From positions 20,882 to 84,881 of the forward strand of contig CANIIA010000002.1 of assembly GCA_947467435.1 (NCBI GenBank): a stretch of DNA of 64,000 bases, written 5' to 3'. The DNA comes from Betaproteobacteria bacterium (GTDB taxonomy: Bacteria > Pseudomonadota > Gammaproteobacteria > Burkholderiales > SG8-39). The number at the start of each line of letters is the position of its first letter. The first letter of the stretch is position 1. The notes under the pieces are model-generated. The model was not told where the DNA came from. It ran no database searches and worked only from the letters and a program-made list of their open reading frames with translations. Positions 27,923 to 36,684 of this stretch are shown piece after piece. Made by a program: the position numbers and the translations under genes.

Positions 27923-29212
27923 ATGTCTGCCACCCCTTCTGCGAGCACCGCGCACAGCACCGGTCCTGTTTCGGCCCCGTTATCGGCGCCCCTCGATTGG
28001 CCTGCCGAAGGCGTAGCGCGTGTGCCATTTCGGGTGTTCTCCGACCCAGAGATTTACGCCCAAGAACAAGAACGGATCTTCCGCGGGCCAATCTGGAATT
28101 TTGTGTGCATGGAAGCCGACGTCGCGCAACCCGGCGATATCCGCACGGCTTGGGTCGGTGAAACGCCCGTGGTGGTGACGCGTGATCATGATCAAAAGCT
28201 TCACGTCATGATCAATCGTTGCGCGCACAAAGGCGCGCTCGTGTGCTTAAAACAGCGCGACAAACAAGACTCCCTCACCTGCGTGTATCACGCGTGGAAC
28301 TATGGGCTAGATGGACAACTCAAAACCGTTGCTTTCCGACATGGCCTGAAGGGCAAAGGCGGCATGCCCGAGGATTTTGATTCGACCAAACACCGCTTGC
28401 AGCCGCTACGCGTAGCGACTTTTTGCGGCTTGGTGTTTGCAACGTTTTCTGATCAAACCGAACCCTTGGATCAATATTTGGGCGCACCGATGTCGAAGTT
28501 TCTGGAGCGTAATTTAGGCCGTCCGCTCAAGATCCTGGGTGTACACAGCCAGATGATTCACAACAATTGGAAGCTGTACGCCGAAAACGTGCGTGACTCC
28601 TATCACGCGACGCTGCTACACACCTTCTACACGACGTTTAAAGTCAATCGTCTCGATATGGATGGCGGCATTATTCTGTCGGACAAAAAATGGCATCACA
28701 TCAGTTATGCCAAACGCGCCACGCTGGACCAAGCGGGTGAATATAAAAATGCCAATGTGCACTCAGCCAAATTTGAATCGAATTTGGCGGGCCCCGAGTT
28801 GCTCAAAGCGTGGGACGAATTTGAAGACGGCATCACCCATAGCATTCAAACCGTGTTTCCCACCTTGGTGGTGCACTTCACGCTGAACTCTCTAGCGGTA
28901 CGCTATTTTGTGCCGCGTGGCGTTGATAAAACAGAATTGTTTTGGGTATTTCTGGGCTATGAACGTGACGATGCCGCACAAGAAAAAATGCGCGTGATGC
29001 AAGGCAACCTCACTGGTGCTGCCGGCCTTGTGTCCTTGGAAGATGGCTGTATCAACGAGTTCGTACAACGCGGCTCAACCACCAGCCCCGACAAACGGGC
29101 ATTTATTGAAATGGGTGGAAAAGTGGCCGAATCGAATGAATCTTCACGCGCCACCGAGGCCTCTGTTCGTGGCTTTTGGCACGGCTACCGCAACATTATG
29201 GGATTCAATTAA
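27923..29212 (+). CDS. Rieske non-heme iron aromatic ring-hydroxylating oxygenase, alpha subunit
   Basis: ORF from 27866. The ATG at 27923 is preceded by GGAG. Rieske motif CAHKGALVC...CVYHAWNY. Mononuclear iron motif NVRDSYHATLLH. Confidence 0.92.
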   Translation: MSATPSASTAHSTGPVSAPLSAPLDWPAEGVARVPFRVFSDPEIYAQEQERIFRGPIWNFVCMEADVAQPGDIRTAWVGETPVVVTRDHDQKLHVMINRCAHKGALVCLKQRDKQDSLTCVYHAWNYGLDGQLKTVAFRHGLKGKGGMPEDFDSTKHRLQPLRVATFCGLVFATFSDQTEPLDQYLGAPMSKFLERNLGRPLKILGVHSQMIHNNWKLYAENVRDSYHATLLHTFYTTFKVNRLDMDGGIILSDKKWHHISYAKRATLDQAGEYKNANVHSAKFESNLAGPELLKAWDEFEDGITHSIQTVFPTLVVHFTLNSLAVRYFVPRGVDKTELFWVFLGYERDDAAQEKMRVMQGNLTGAAGLVSLEDGCINEFVQRGSTTSPDKRAFIEMGGKVAESNESSRATEASVRGFWHGYRNIMGFN

Positions 29213-29219
29213 ACGCACC

Positions 29220-29729
29220 ATGTCTACACCGTCCGTCACTGCACACGCCACCCACGCGGTGGATGCAAACACACACCACCGCATCAGCACGTTGTTCACG
29301 CAGTATGCACACTGCCTCGATGATGATCGCACCGATGATTGGCCGGGGTTTTTTACCGCCGATGGGCTGTATCAAATCACGACGCGCGAAAACGAGGCCG
29401 CTGGCTACCCGATTGGGCTCATGCGATGTGAAGGTCGCGGCATGATGGAAGACCGAATGCTGGCACTCAAAATTGCCAACATCTACGAACCCCAACACGC
29501 TTGCCACTTGCTGGGGCCTGCAGAAATTCATCCACACACCGATGGTAGTTATCACGCACGCTCAAATTTCAGCGTGTTTCGTACCATGCAAAGCGGTGAT
29601 GCGAGCTTGTTTGCCACCGGCAAATATCTCGATCACGTGGTCAACGAAAACGGCCAGCTGCGCTTTCAATCACGCCGCGTGATTATCGACTCACGCTGCA
29701 TCGATGTGTTGTTGGTTTTGCCGCTTTAA
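29220..29729 (+). CDS. Ring-hydroxylating oxygenase beta subunit (SnoaL/NTF2-like)
   Basis: 169 aa from the ATG at 29220, 8 nt after the alpha stop. Pattern LFTQYAHCLDDDRTDDWPGFFTADGLYQI...RFQSRRVIIDS typical of small subunits. Confidence 0.85.
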   Translation: MSTPSVTAHATHAVDANTHHRISTLFTQYAHCLDDDRTDDWPGFFTADGLYQITTRENEAAGYPIGLMRCEGRGMMEDRMLALKIANIYEPQHACHLLGPAEIHPHTDGSYHARSNFSVFRTMQSGDASLFATGKYLDHVVNENGQLRFQSRRVIIDSRCIDVLLVLPL

Positions 29730-29760
29730 TTCTGTCGCTTTAATTCTGTTGCTTTATTTC
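29723..29760. repeat. 14-bp tandem repeat GCTTTAATTCTGT(C/T) x2 plus a partial copy
   Basis: Copies at 29723-29736 and 29737-29750, partial copy at 29751-29760. The first copy contains the beta-subunit TAA. The partial copy contains the stop of the convergent CoxG-like gene. Confidence 0.85.
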
Positions 29761-30224
29761 GGCGCTGGATGCGCTTGGGTCTCAGCAATGTGCTTTTCGA
29801 GCGCTTTAAAAAAACGACCGACTAAAAATTTAGCGACGCCAGAGAGCACACGTTGGCCCACACCAGCCACGACACCACCCACCTCACCACTGCCTGTGTA
29901 GAGTAAGCGGGTTTGAGCGTCACTCACCACCTCGAGATCGAACGCGGCGTGGCCTTTCATAAAACCAATCGAGCCCTGACCTTCGACACTTAAGATGTAA
30001 TGCGCGGGCTCACGTTTTTCTTCAATCGCGACCGTACCCACGTATTCACCTGAAACATTGGCCACTTGCAGCTTCAGGCCCATTTCATAGCGATCCGGGC
30101 CCACTTCACGCACCGTATTACATCCAGGAATTGTCTTCGCTAAAACAGCCGGATCGTTCAGCAGCGCCCATAACGTGGCTTGGCTCACGGGGAGGGTTTG
30201 TTCACCTTTGAGTTCGATGGCCAT
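29754..30224 (-). CDS. CoxG-family SRPBCC protein
   Basis: 156 aa. Starts MAIELKGEQTLPVSQATLWALLNDPAVLAKTIPGC. Last gene of the minus-strand catabolic operon. Confidence 0.8.
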   Translation of the reverse strand: MAIELKGEQTLPVSQATLWALLNDPAVLAKTIPGCNTVREVGPDRYEMGLKLQVANVSGEYVGTVAIEEKREPAHYILSVEGQGSIGFMKGHAAFDLEVVSDAQTRLLYTGSGEVGGVVAGVGQRVLSGVAKFLVGRFFKALEKHIAETQAHPAPK

Positions 30225-30227
30225 GGT

Positions 30228-31229
30228 CTAGCTCCGGCACCAGCAATCGGCGCGCACACGAAAAATGTGTTGTGCGGTTCCGCCGAGGATCGCGTCACGT
30301 TCTTTGGCATCCACATGCGCTGCATGAATTAATTTTTGCGGCTCTAAATCACCAATCGGGAATGGCATGTCTGAGCCGAGCATGATACGGCCTGGGCCTG
30401 ATTTTTTAGCTAAAAATTCAAACGCATCGACATCAAACACCACCGAATCAAAATACAAAGCCTCAAATCCAGCGCGCGGATCAGCGTATTTGCCTTGCGC
30501 AATGGTGAAGTTACGCGCCAACCGTCCGAGCACAAATGGTAGCGCTGCACCGCCATGCGAGAGCACTAATTTCACACCCGGAAATTTCAGTAGATGACCA
30601 GAAAATAATAGGCGCGCTACTGCAATCGAGGTATCAGCAACACGACCAATGGCATTGACTAAATCGTATTCTGCTAATCGTGGTTCGCCGCATAAAAACA
30701 TCGGATGCAACACCACCGCGGCTTTTAAATCCGAGGCGGCTTGCCAGAATGGATCGAGATTGGGGTCATCTAAATTTCCGCCTTGGCCCTTAGGCAAGGT
30801 CCCAATCATGATGCCGCCAAAACCATCGGCCATCACTTCGCGCAACACTTGCGCGGCCATTGCGCCATCTTGTAAGGGCACGGTAGCCAAGGGTGTAAAG
30901 CGCGTTTCATTGACCAGCGCGTCTTTCATGCACTGATTGATAAAACGACTCCAAGCCAAGCCCTCTGCAGGCGGTAATTCGTAACCAAAGCTATCGAGCC
31001 ATCCCCCCACGAGTTGATGATCGATGCCGTTTTTATCCATCCATGCACGACGATCATCCAGATCAGAAAGCTTCGGCATGATCGGACGCGTCATCTCTCC
31101 GCCCGGAAATTGCATGCGTCGACCTTTGTCGTCTTGCACCAACTTCACGCCAGGAAAACGCGCGTGTTCGGTAGCAAATCGATCAAAGACAAGCTTGGGA
31201 ATGTAATGGGCGTGAATATCGATAATCAT
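30228..31229 (-). CDS. Amidohydrolase-2 family protein (ACMSD/LigW-type non-oxidative decarboxylase fold)
   Basis: 333 aa. Starts MIIDIHAHYIP (HxH metal motif). Later VLHPMF, LSHGGAALP, LGSDMPFP. Confidence 0.85.
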   Translation of the reverse strand: MIIDIHAHYIPKLVFDRFATEHARFPGVKLVQDDKGRRMQFPGGEMTRPIMPKLSDLDDRRAWMDKNGIDHQLVGGWLDSFGYELPPAEGLAWSRFINQCMKDALVNETRFTPLATVPLQDGAMAAQVLREVMADGFGGIMIGTLPKGQGGNLDDPNLDPFWQAASDLKAAVVLHPMFLCGEPRLAEYDLVNAIGRVADTSIAVARLLFSGHLLKFPGVKLVLSHGGAALPFVLGRLARNFTIAQGKYADPRAGFEALYFDSVVFDVDAFEFLAKKSGPGRIMLGSDMPFPIGDLEPQKLIHAAHVDAKERDAILGGTAQHIFRVRADCWCRS

Positions 31230-32656
31230 GCGTGCAACCTTTCGTGAGAAACCGTTTGAATCATTGTCGACATCGCTGTACGGCCAGCAATACGACCAAA
31301 AACCAGCGCGCGTAATACCGCAACTGCGTTGGGTGCGCTATCGTAAAAATGTCCGGTGATTTCACCAGCGGCAAACAACCCCGCGATGGGTGTTGCATCC
31401 ATACCAGCGCGTAAGACGCGCGCTTGCGTATCGGTGGCTAAGCCACCAAAGGTGTAGGCAATCGCACCAACCAATGGATACGCAATGAATGGCGCGCGTT
31501 CGATCGGACACGCCCAATTCGATTTAGGCGGCTGTAATTGACTGGTACTGGCCAGGCCATCCACACGCGTCGCATCAAAGTGTTTGGTGTCGCCAAGACA
31601 CGCAGCGTTGTAAGCACGCACCGTTACCTGCAATCCCGCGCGATCAATACCGGTACGTTGTGCCAACGCATCAAGCGTCTCAGCTTGGATCGGGGCGACA
31701 TCAGAACGGACCGCACGAGCCAATCCCGGAATATCCAGCGCGCGTGCATCGAGGATTGCCCAGGCTTGGCGCGCTGCCGTCTTGAAATGAATATCGCGCG
31801 AAAAATATTCCCACGTTTCATGCACGAGACCAGCACCTTCATCAATAAATCGCTGGCCTGCTTGATCCACCACAATGCCATACGGATACACCAACACCAC
31901 AGGCGCTGAGGCGGTGCTACGTGCATCAACCGGTTCGCTATGCATGCCTGCCCAATTGCCCGACGTGCGTGCACCAATGGCTTGCGCCATGCGAATTCCG
32001 GCACCATCATTCATTGCAGAGCCTGGCGAAATCGGTCGCAGTGTTTCAGCACCTGCCCCGAGGTGTTCACGGAGCATGTGTGGATTCCCTTGAAATCCGC
32101 CACTGGCGAGCACGACACGTGGGGTATGTAAGCTTCGGCGCTTTGCGTGCTGCGTGATATCGATGCCAATGATCGCGCCGCTTGCATCGCAACGTAGTTG
32201 TTCTGCACGACAGTCATACCAAAACGTCACCCCTGCTGCATGGGCTGCTTGCATCAATCCAGACACGATACTGGCACCACCGCCCTGCGGTTGAATGCGG
32301 GGTGGACCCGCACTCATGTAATACCCCGGTGCATGGAACTGCACACCATGCGCTTCAACCCATTGCAGCGTCGCTGGCGCTTCTTTGGCCAGACATTCAA
32401 AGTAATCAGCATCGTGACGCGTACCGTTCGCCAAGTGCATATCGCGCAAAAAATCTGGCGCAAGCGCGTGTACCGATTGCATTCTTAAATTTGCAGGGCT
32501 CCAACGAGTACCACCACCACACTGCTCGGGGGAGGCTTGTTCTAGCACTACGATGCGTGCCTGCGTCGCGGCTTCTGCCGCAGCCAGTGCAGCGGCCAAA
32601 CCAGCAGCGCCGTGCCCGACAACGACCAGATCAAAGGTGTCTTGCAACGCGTTCAC
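31226..32656 (-). CDS. FAD-dependent oxidoreductase (fumarate reductase / TcuA / KstD-like flavoprotein)
   Basis: 476 aa. N-terminal FDLVVVGHGAAGLAAALAAAE and C-terminal GLFAAGEITGHFY. ATGA overlap with the amidohydrolase gene. Confidence 0.85.
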   Translation of the reverse strand: MNALQDTFDLVVVGHGAAGLAAALAAAEAATQARIVVLEQASPEQCGGGTRWSPANLRMQSVHALAPDFLRDMHLANGTRHDADYFECLAKEAPATLQWVEAHGVQFHAPGYYMSAGPPRIQPQGGGASIVSGLMQAAHAAGVTFWYDCRAEQLRCDASGAIIGIDITQHAKRRSLHTPRVVLASGGFQGNPHMLREHLGAGAETLRPISPGSAMNDGAGIRMAQAIGARTSGNWAGMHSEPVDARSTASAPVVLVYPYGIVVDQAGQRFIDEGAGLVHETWEYFSRDIHFKTAARQAWAILDARALDIPGLARAVRSDVAPIQAETLDALAQRTGIDRAGLQVTVRAYNAACLGDTKHFDATRVDGLASTSQLQPPKSNWACPIERAPFIAYPLVGAIAYTFGGLATDTQARVLRAGMDATPIAGLFAAGEITGHFYDSAPNAVAVLRALVFGRIAGRTAMSTMIQTVSHERLHA

Positions 32657-32707
32657 AAGAAAAACAAATCGAGCATGGATTGATGCGAATTAGATTCAGT
32701 CGGATGT

Positions 32708-33679
32708 TCAGTTCAGCTTGATATTCGCTGCTTTAACCAAGGCCGCATTGCGCGCCAAGTCATCGCGTAAATACGCATCAAATTGTTCTGGCGAAAACAC
32801 GCGCGAATCCTGACCCAAACTGGCCCAACGTGTACGAATCTCTGGCGAGTTCAGTGCTTTGAGTGTTTCTGCGTGCAACTTGTTGACGATGTCACGCGGC
32901 GTTTTTGCATGCACGCCCATACCCACCCAGAAGTTCTGCGCAGAATTTGGTACGCCAGCTTCCTCGGTGGTGGGCACATCCGGTAAACCCGATGAGCGAC
33001 GACTCGAGCCCACGGCCAGCGCCAGCAAACGACCGTCTTTCACCATCGGAATGACATTGGTGGCTGGGCAGAAACAAAAATCGACACGGCCACTGATCAC
33101 ATCGGTGAGTGCCTCGGGTGTACCTTTATAAGGCACCGAGGTCACATCAATGCCTGTGCCCAAACGAAAACGTTCGGTGGTGAGATGCGTGGCACTGCCA
33201 GTGCCAATAACGGCGGCGTTCATTTTTCCGGGATTGGCCTTTGCATACGCAACCAAATCTTTCACCGATTTAATGTTGCGATCAGTCTTCACGGCAAGTG
33301 CGTTGGCAATATCGGCAAGCATCGTGACACCGGCCAAATCTTTTAAGGTGTCGTAAGGCAAATTCGCGACAGTCACCGGCGTCACGGTCCACGAGGAGGA
33401 CATAATCAAAATCGTGTAGCCATCCGGATCAGCTTTAGCCACGGCATTCATTCCAATACTGCCGCTACCGCCCGGGCGATTTTCAACAACGAACGTCTGA
33501 CCAGTTTGCGCAGACAAACGCTCTGCAATCGCGCGGCCGGTGATATCAGTGCCACTACCGGGGGGCAAAGGCACGATGACCTTCACCGGTTTGGTAGGCC
33601 ACGACTGTGCGTTTACTAGGCAGGTAAATACCCCAAAGGAAAAGAACAGGATGCAGCGTAAGAAAACGCGTTGGTTCAT
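32708..33679 (-). CDS. Bug/TctC-family periplasmic solute-binding protein (second orphan copy)
   Basis: 323 aa. Signal peptide ILFFSFGVFTCLVNAQS. Motifs VPLPPGSGTDITGR, NRPGGSGSIG, GTGSATHL. Confidence 0.9.
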   Translation of the reverse strand: MNQRVFLRCILFFSFGVFTCLVNAQSWPTKPVKVIVPLPPGSGTDITGRAIAERLSAQTGQTFVVENRPGGSGSIGMNAVAKADPDGYTILIMSSSWTVTPVTVANLPYDTLKDLAGVTMLADIANALAVKTDRNIKSVKDLVAYAKANPGKMNAAVIGTGSATHLTTERFRLGTGIDVTSVPYKGTPEALTDVISGRVDFCFCPATNVIPMVKDGRLLALAVGSSRRSSGLPDVPTTEEAGVPNSAQNFWVGMGVHAKTPRDIVNKLHAETLKALNSPEIRTRWASLGQDSRVFSPEQFDAYLRDDLARNAALVKAANIKLN

Positions 33680-33743
33680 GACAACACCCCTTGTTTGTGC
33701 ATGTGACTAAATAAATGATTCATTGGTTTGATTCATCACGTAC

Positions 33744-33792
33744 AAAAAAACCTGACGCCCATACATTCAGTACGTATGGAAGAAGCTGCGTC
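33744..33792 (-). terminator. Candidate intrinsic terminator/attenuator after the Mo-hydroxylase large subunit
   Basis: Minus-strand RNA reads GACGC-agcttctt-CCATAC-guacugaau-GUAUGG-GCGUC-agg-U7. The stem is imperfect and interrupted. Confidence 0.4.
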
Positions 33793-33793
33793 G

Positions 33794-36187
33794 TTATTTC
33801 ATCGAACCCGCGCTCTGCAGCGTGCTCCATATGGCCATCGGTGTCATGGGTAATTCATCGAGCGCGTGGCCACTGGGGGCCAAGGCATCGTTGATTGCAC
33901 ATGCAATGGCTGCAGGCGCACCCAAATAGCCTGCCTCACCCGAGCCCTTTTGACCAAACACCGTCAGTGGCGACGGGGTGCAGTGATCGACAATATCGAC
34001 CGAAGGTACTTCCATTGCACTGGGCATCAAATAATCCATAAACGTTTGGCTCGCCAATTGCCCGTTTTCGCTGAAGGCAAATTTTTCATACAGCGCGGCA
34101 CCAATGCCATGTGCAATACCACCCCACGTCATGCCGTGGACAATTTGCGGGCTGATCATCGTGCCGCAATCGTGGCCAATAGCGTAGCGTGTGAGTGTTG
34201 GTTGACCAGTGGCTGGATCAATTTCAACCAATACGACGTGCGCTTCAAATGAATAACATGGATACATCTGCACACGACCATCGGCCGTTGGCAACCCGCC
34301 ACCCGTGGGCACTTCAAACACAAACTTTGCTTGCAAGCCTGGCTCGAGCCCCGGGGGCATTTGATGAATGCGCCGGTGCGCAATCTCAATCAACGCATCC
34401 CAATCCATGACGCGCGATGGTTCTGCTTTCACGGACACATGACCGTCGCGATACACCAAATCATCGAGCGGGCACTTCAGGTTGTGCGCCGCAATCGCCA
34501 TCAAATTGGCTTTGATTATTTTTGCAGCACCCGCTGCAGCACTGCCTAACATGATGGCCATGCGCGAACCCACCGGACTGTTGGAGGGCAAGGCGTTCAG
34601 CGAATCCGCATGCACCACACGAATGTCAGCAGGGTCACGTTCAAGAATTTCACCAACCACGGTGGACACTAAGGTTTCATGACCCTGCCCCGAAGTGGAG
34701 GTATTCATGACACCAGTAATGGCACCGGATAAATCGACACGCACTAAACACGAATCCATCCAGGTGGTGGTGAGATTTTTTGGATTAAACAAGGGCTCAA
34801 ACGACGAGTTACCGCCCGAAGGCTCCAGACACGTTGCAATGCCGATGCCCGCCAACTTCCCAGCTGCACGCGCCGCATCACGCGCTGCCACCAACGCGGG
34901 GTAATCAGCAGCAGCCATCGCTTTATCCAGCACCGTATGGTAATCCCCACTATCGTAGGTGGTGCCACTCGGAATCAAATACGGAAATTGGTCTTTGCGA
35001 ATCAGGTTGTGTCGACGTAGCGCCACGCGATCCATGTTGAGATGACGCGCAACACGATCAATGGCAGATTCAATGGCAAAGTTAGTGGGGGCTTGACCAA
35101 AGCCACGCACCGCTTCTTGCGCGGTTTTATTGGTCAACACCGAAATGGGTTCGTATTCGACGCTGTGAATTTGATATGGCCCGACAATCGCGCCCACCGG
35201 TTTACCCAACTGCAACGGCGAGCGACCCGCATAGGCACCCACATCATCCAGCGCGCGAATTTTTAGCGCACGAATGGTGCCGTCGTTTTCAAAGGCGACT
35301 TGCATATCGAAGATCCGATCGGGGCCATGCATATCGCCACCGCGCATGTTTTCGAGTCGGTCTTCAATAAAGCGAATGGGCATCCCCAATTTACGCGCGA
35401 GATAACCCACCAACACCGTGTGTTTAATGCCGCGTTTGACGCCGTAACTGCCGCCCACATCTACATCAAAATGCACGCGTACGGCATTGCCCGGCAAACG
35501 CAAGGTGCGTGCAATTTGGTCCGGATATTTCGGCATCTGAATCGAGGCCCAGACATCCAGCAGCTGCTGCGCCGGGTCCCAACGTGCAGTGACACCAAAG
35601 GTTTCGATGGGCACCGTGGCGCTACGCGCCCAACGACAACGAAAAGACAAGGTCTGCGCCGCTGCAGCGAAATCTTCTTCGACTGCGCCCCAAACAAATT
35701 TCCGCCGATACAACACATTGGATCCATGCGCGGGATGCACTAGATGCGCATCCGGGTTCAACGCCGCTTCGGGATCGAGCAAACAAGGCAGCGTTTCGTA
35801 TTCCACCTCAACGCGTTCGGCGGCGTCTTCTGCTAACGCACGCGTATCTGCAACCACCGCCGCAACCCACTCACCGGCATAGCGCACCACTTCATGCGCT
35901 AACGGATAGCGCTTCACCAAGGGCGTATCCACGCCAACCATTAACGCTTCCGTGGCGGCGACTAGCTCTGCCCCAGTGAGCACGTAATGCACACCATCCA
36001 TGGCCAGTGCACGATCGGCATGAATCGCTTTGATGCGTGCCGACGCATGTGGACTGGCCACCAACGCTACGTGCTTCATACCCGGCACCACAATGTCGGC
36101 CACGTAACGACCGCGACCCGTTACAAAACGCGGATCTTCTTTGGTGCGACGATGCTGACCGATATAACGAAATTTACTGTTACTCAT
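33794..36187 (-). CDS. Molybdopterin-binding large subunit of a xanthine-dehydrogenase-family hydroxylase (not CODH-type)
   Basis: ORF to 36268. Preferred ATG at 36187 (MSNSKFRYIGQHRRTKEDPRFVTGRGRYVAD) forms an ATGA overlap with the small-subunit stop. The loop equivalent to the CoxL signature reads EAVRGFGQAP. The GGGFG block reads VGGSYGVK. Confidence 0.88.
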   Translation of the reverse strand: MSNSKFRYIGQHRRTKEDPRFVTGRGRYVADIVVPGMKHVALVASPHASARIKAIHADRALAMDGVHYVLTGAELVAATEALMVGVDTPLVKRYPLAHEVVRYAGEWVAAVVADTRALAEDAAERVEVEYETLPCLLDPEAALNPDAHLVHPAHGSNVLYRRKFVWGAVEEDFAAAAQTLSFRCRWARSATVPIETFGVTARWDPAQQLLDVWASIQMPKYPDQIARTLRLPGNAVRVHFDVDVGGSYGVKRGIKHTVLVGYLARKLGMPIRFIEDRLENMRGGDMHGPDRIFDMQVAFENDGTIRALKIRALDDVGAYAGRSPLQLGKPVGAIVGPYQIHSVEYEPISVLTNKTAQEAVRGFGQAPTNFAIESAIDRVARHLNMDRVALRRHNLIRKDQFPYLIPSGTTYDSGDYHTVLDKAMAAADYPALVAARDAARAAGKLAGIGIATCLEPSGGNSSFEPLFNPKNLTTTWMDSCLVRVDLSGAITGVMNTSTSGQGHETLVSTVVGEILERDPADIRVVHADSLNALPSNSPVGSRMAIMLGSAAAGAAKIIKANLMAIAAHNLKCPLDDLVYRDGHVSVKAEPSRVMDWDALIEIAHRRIHQMPPGLEPGLQAKFVFEVPTGGGLPTADGRVQMYPCYSFEAHVVLVEIDPATGQPTLTRYAIGHDCGTMISPQIVHGMTWGGIAHGIGAALYEKFAFSENGQLASQTFMDYLMPSAMEVPSVDIVDHCTPSPLTVFGQKGSGEAGYLGAPAAIACAINDALAPSGHALDELPMTPMAIWSTLQSAGSMK

Positions 36188-36684
36188 TTCGCACCGCCAG
36201 TTGCGCGTAATTTTTCTGCCGCCAGTTTCACAGCAGCAACAATCTGTACGTAACCCGTGCAACGACATAAGTTGCCGCCGATGGCGTCACGAATATCCGC
36301 TTCAGTTGGATTGAGATTGGTTTGTAACAAGGCATGCGCAGAAATCAACATACCGGGTGTGCAATATCCGCATTGCATGCCGTGGGTTTCACAAAACGCG
36401 TCTTGTAAAACACCTGGCGTGCCATCGGGCTGACTCAGGCCTTCCACCGTTGTGATGGCACAGGCATCGGCTTGCACGGCGTACATCAAACACGAACGCA
36501 CGGGTTCACCATCAAGCATCACCGAGCAGGCGCCACAAATACCGTGTTCGCAACCGACGTGCGTGCCGGTTAAACCGAGTGTGTCGCGTAAAAAATCAAC
36601 CAATGACGTGCGCGCAGGCACCGCAGCGCTACGCGGCTGACCATTCACCATCAAAGTGACGACATGTAATTTTTCAGCACTCAT
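36184..36684 (-). CDS. [2Fe-2S] small subunit of the second Mo hydroxylase
   Basis: 166 aa. Motifs [30 protein letters not shown]. Confidence 0.92.
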   Translation of the reverse strand: MSAEKLHVVTLMVNGQPRSAAVPARTSLVDFLRDTLGLTGTHVGCEHGICGACSVMLDGEPVRSCLMYAVQADACAITTVEGLSQPDGTPGVLQDAFCETHGMQCGYCTPGMLISAHALLQTNLNPTEADIRDAIGGNLCRCTGYVQIVAAVKLAAEKLRATGGAK

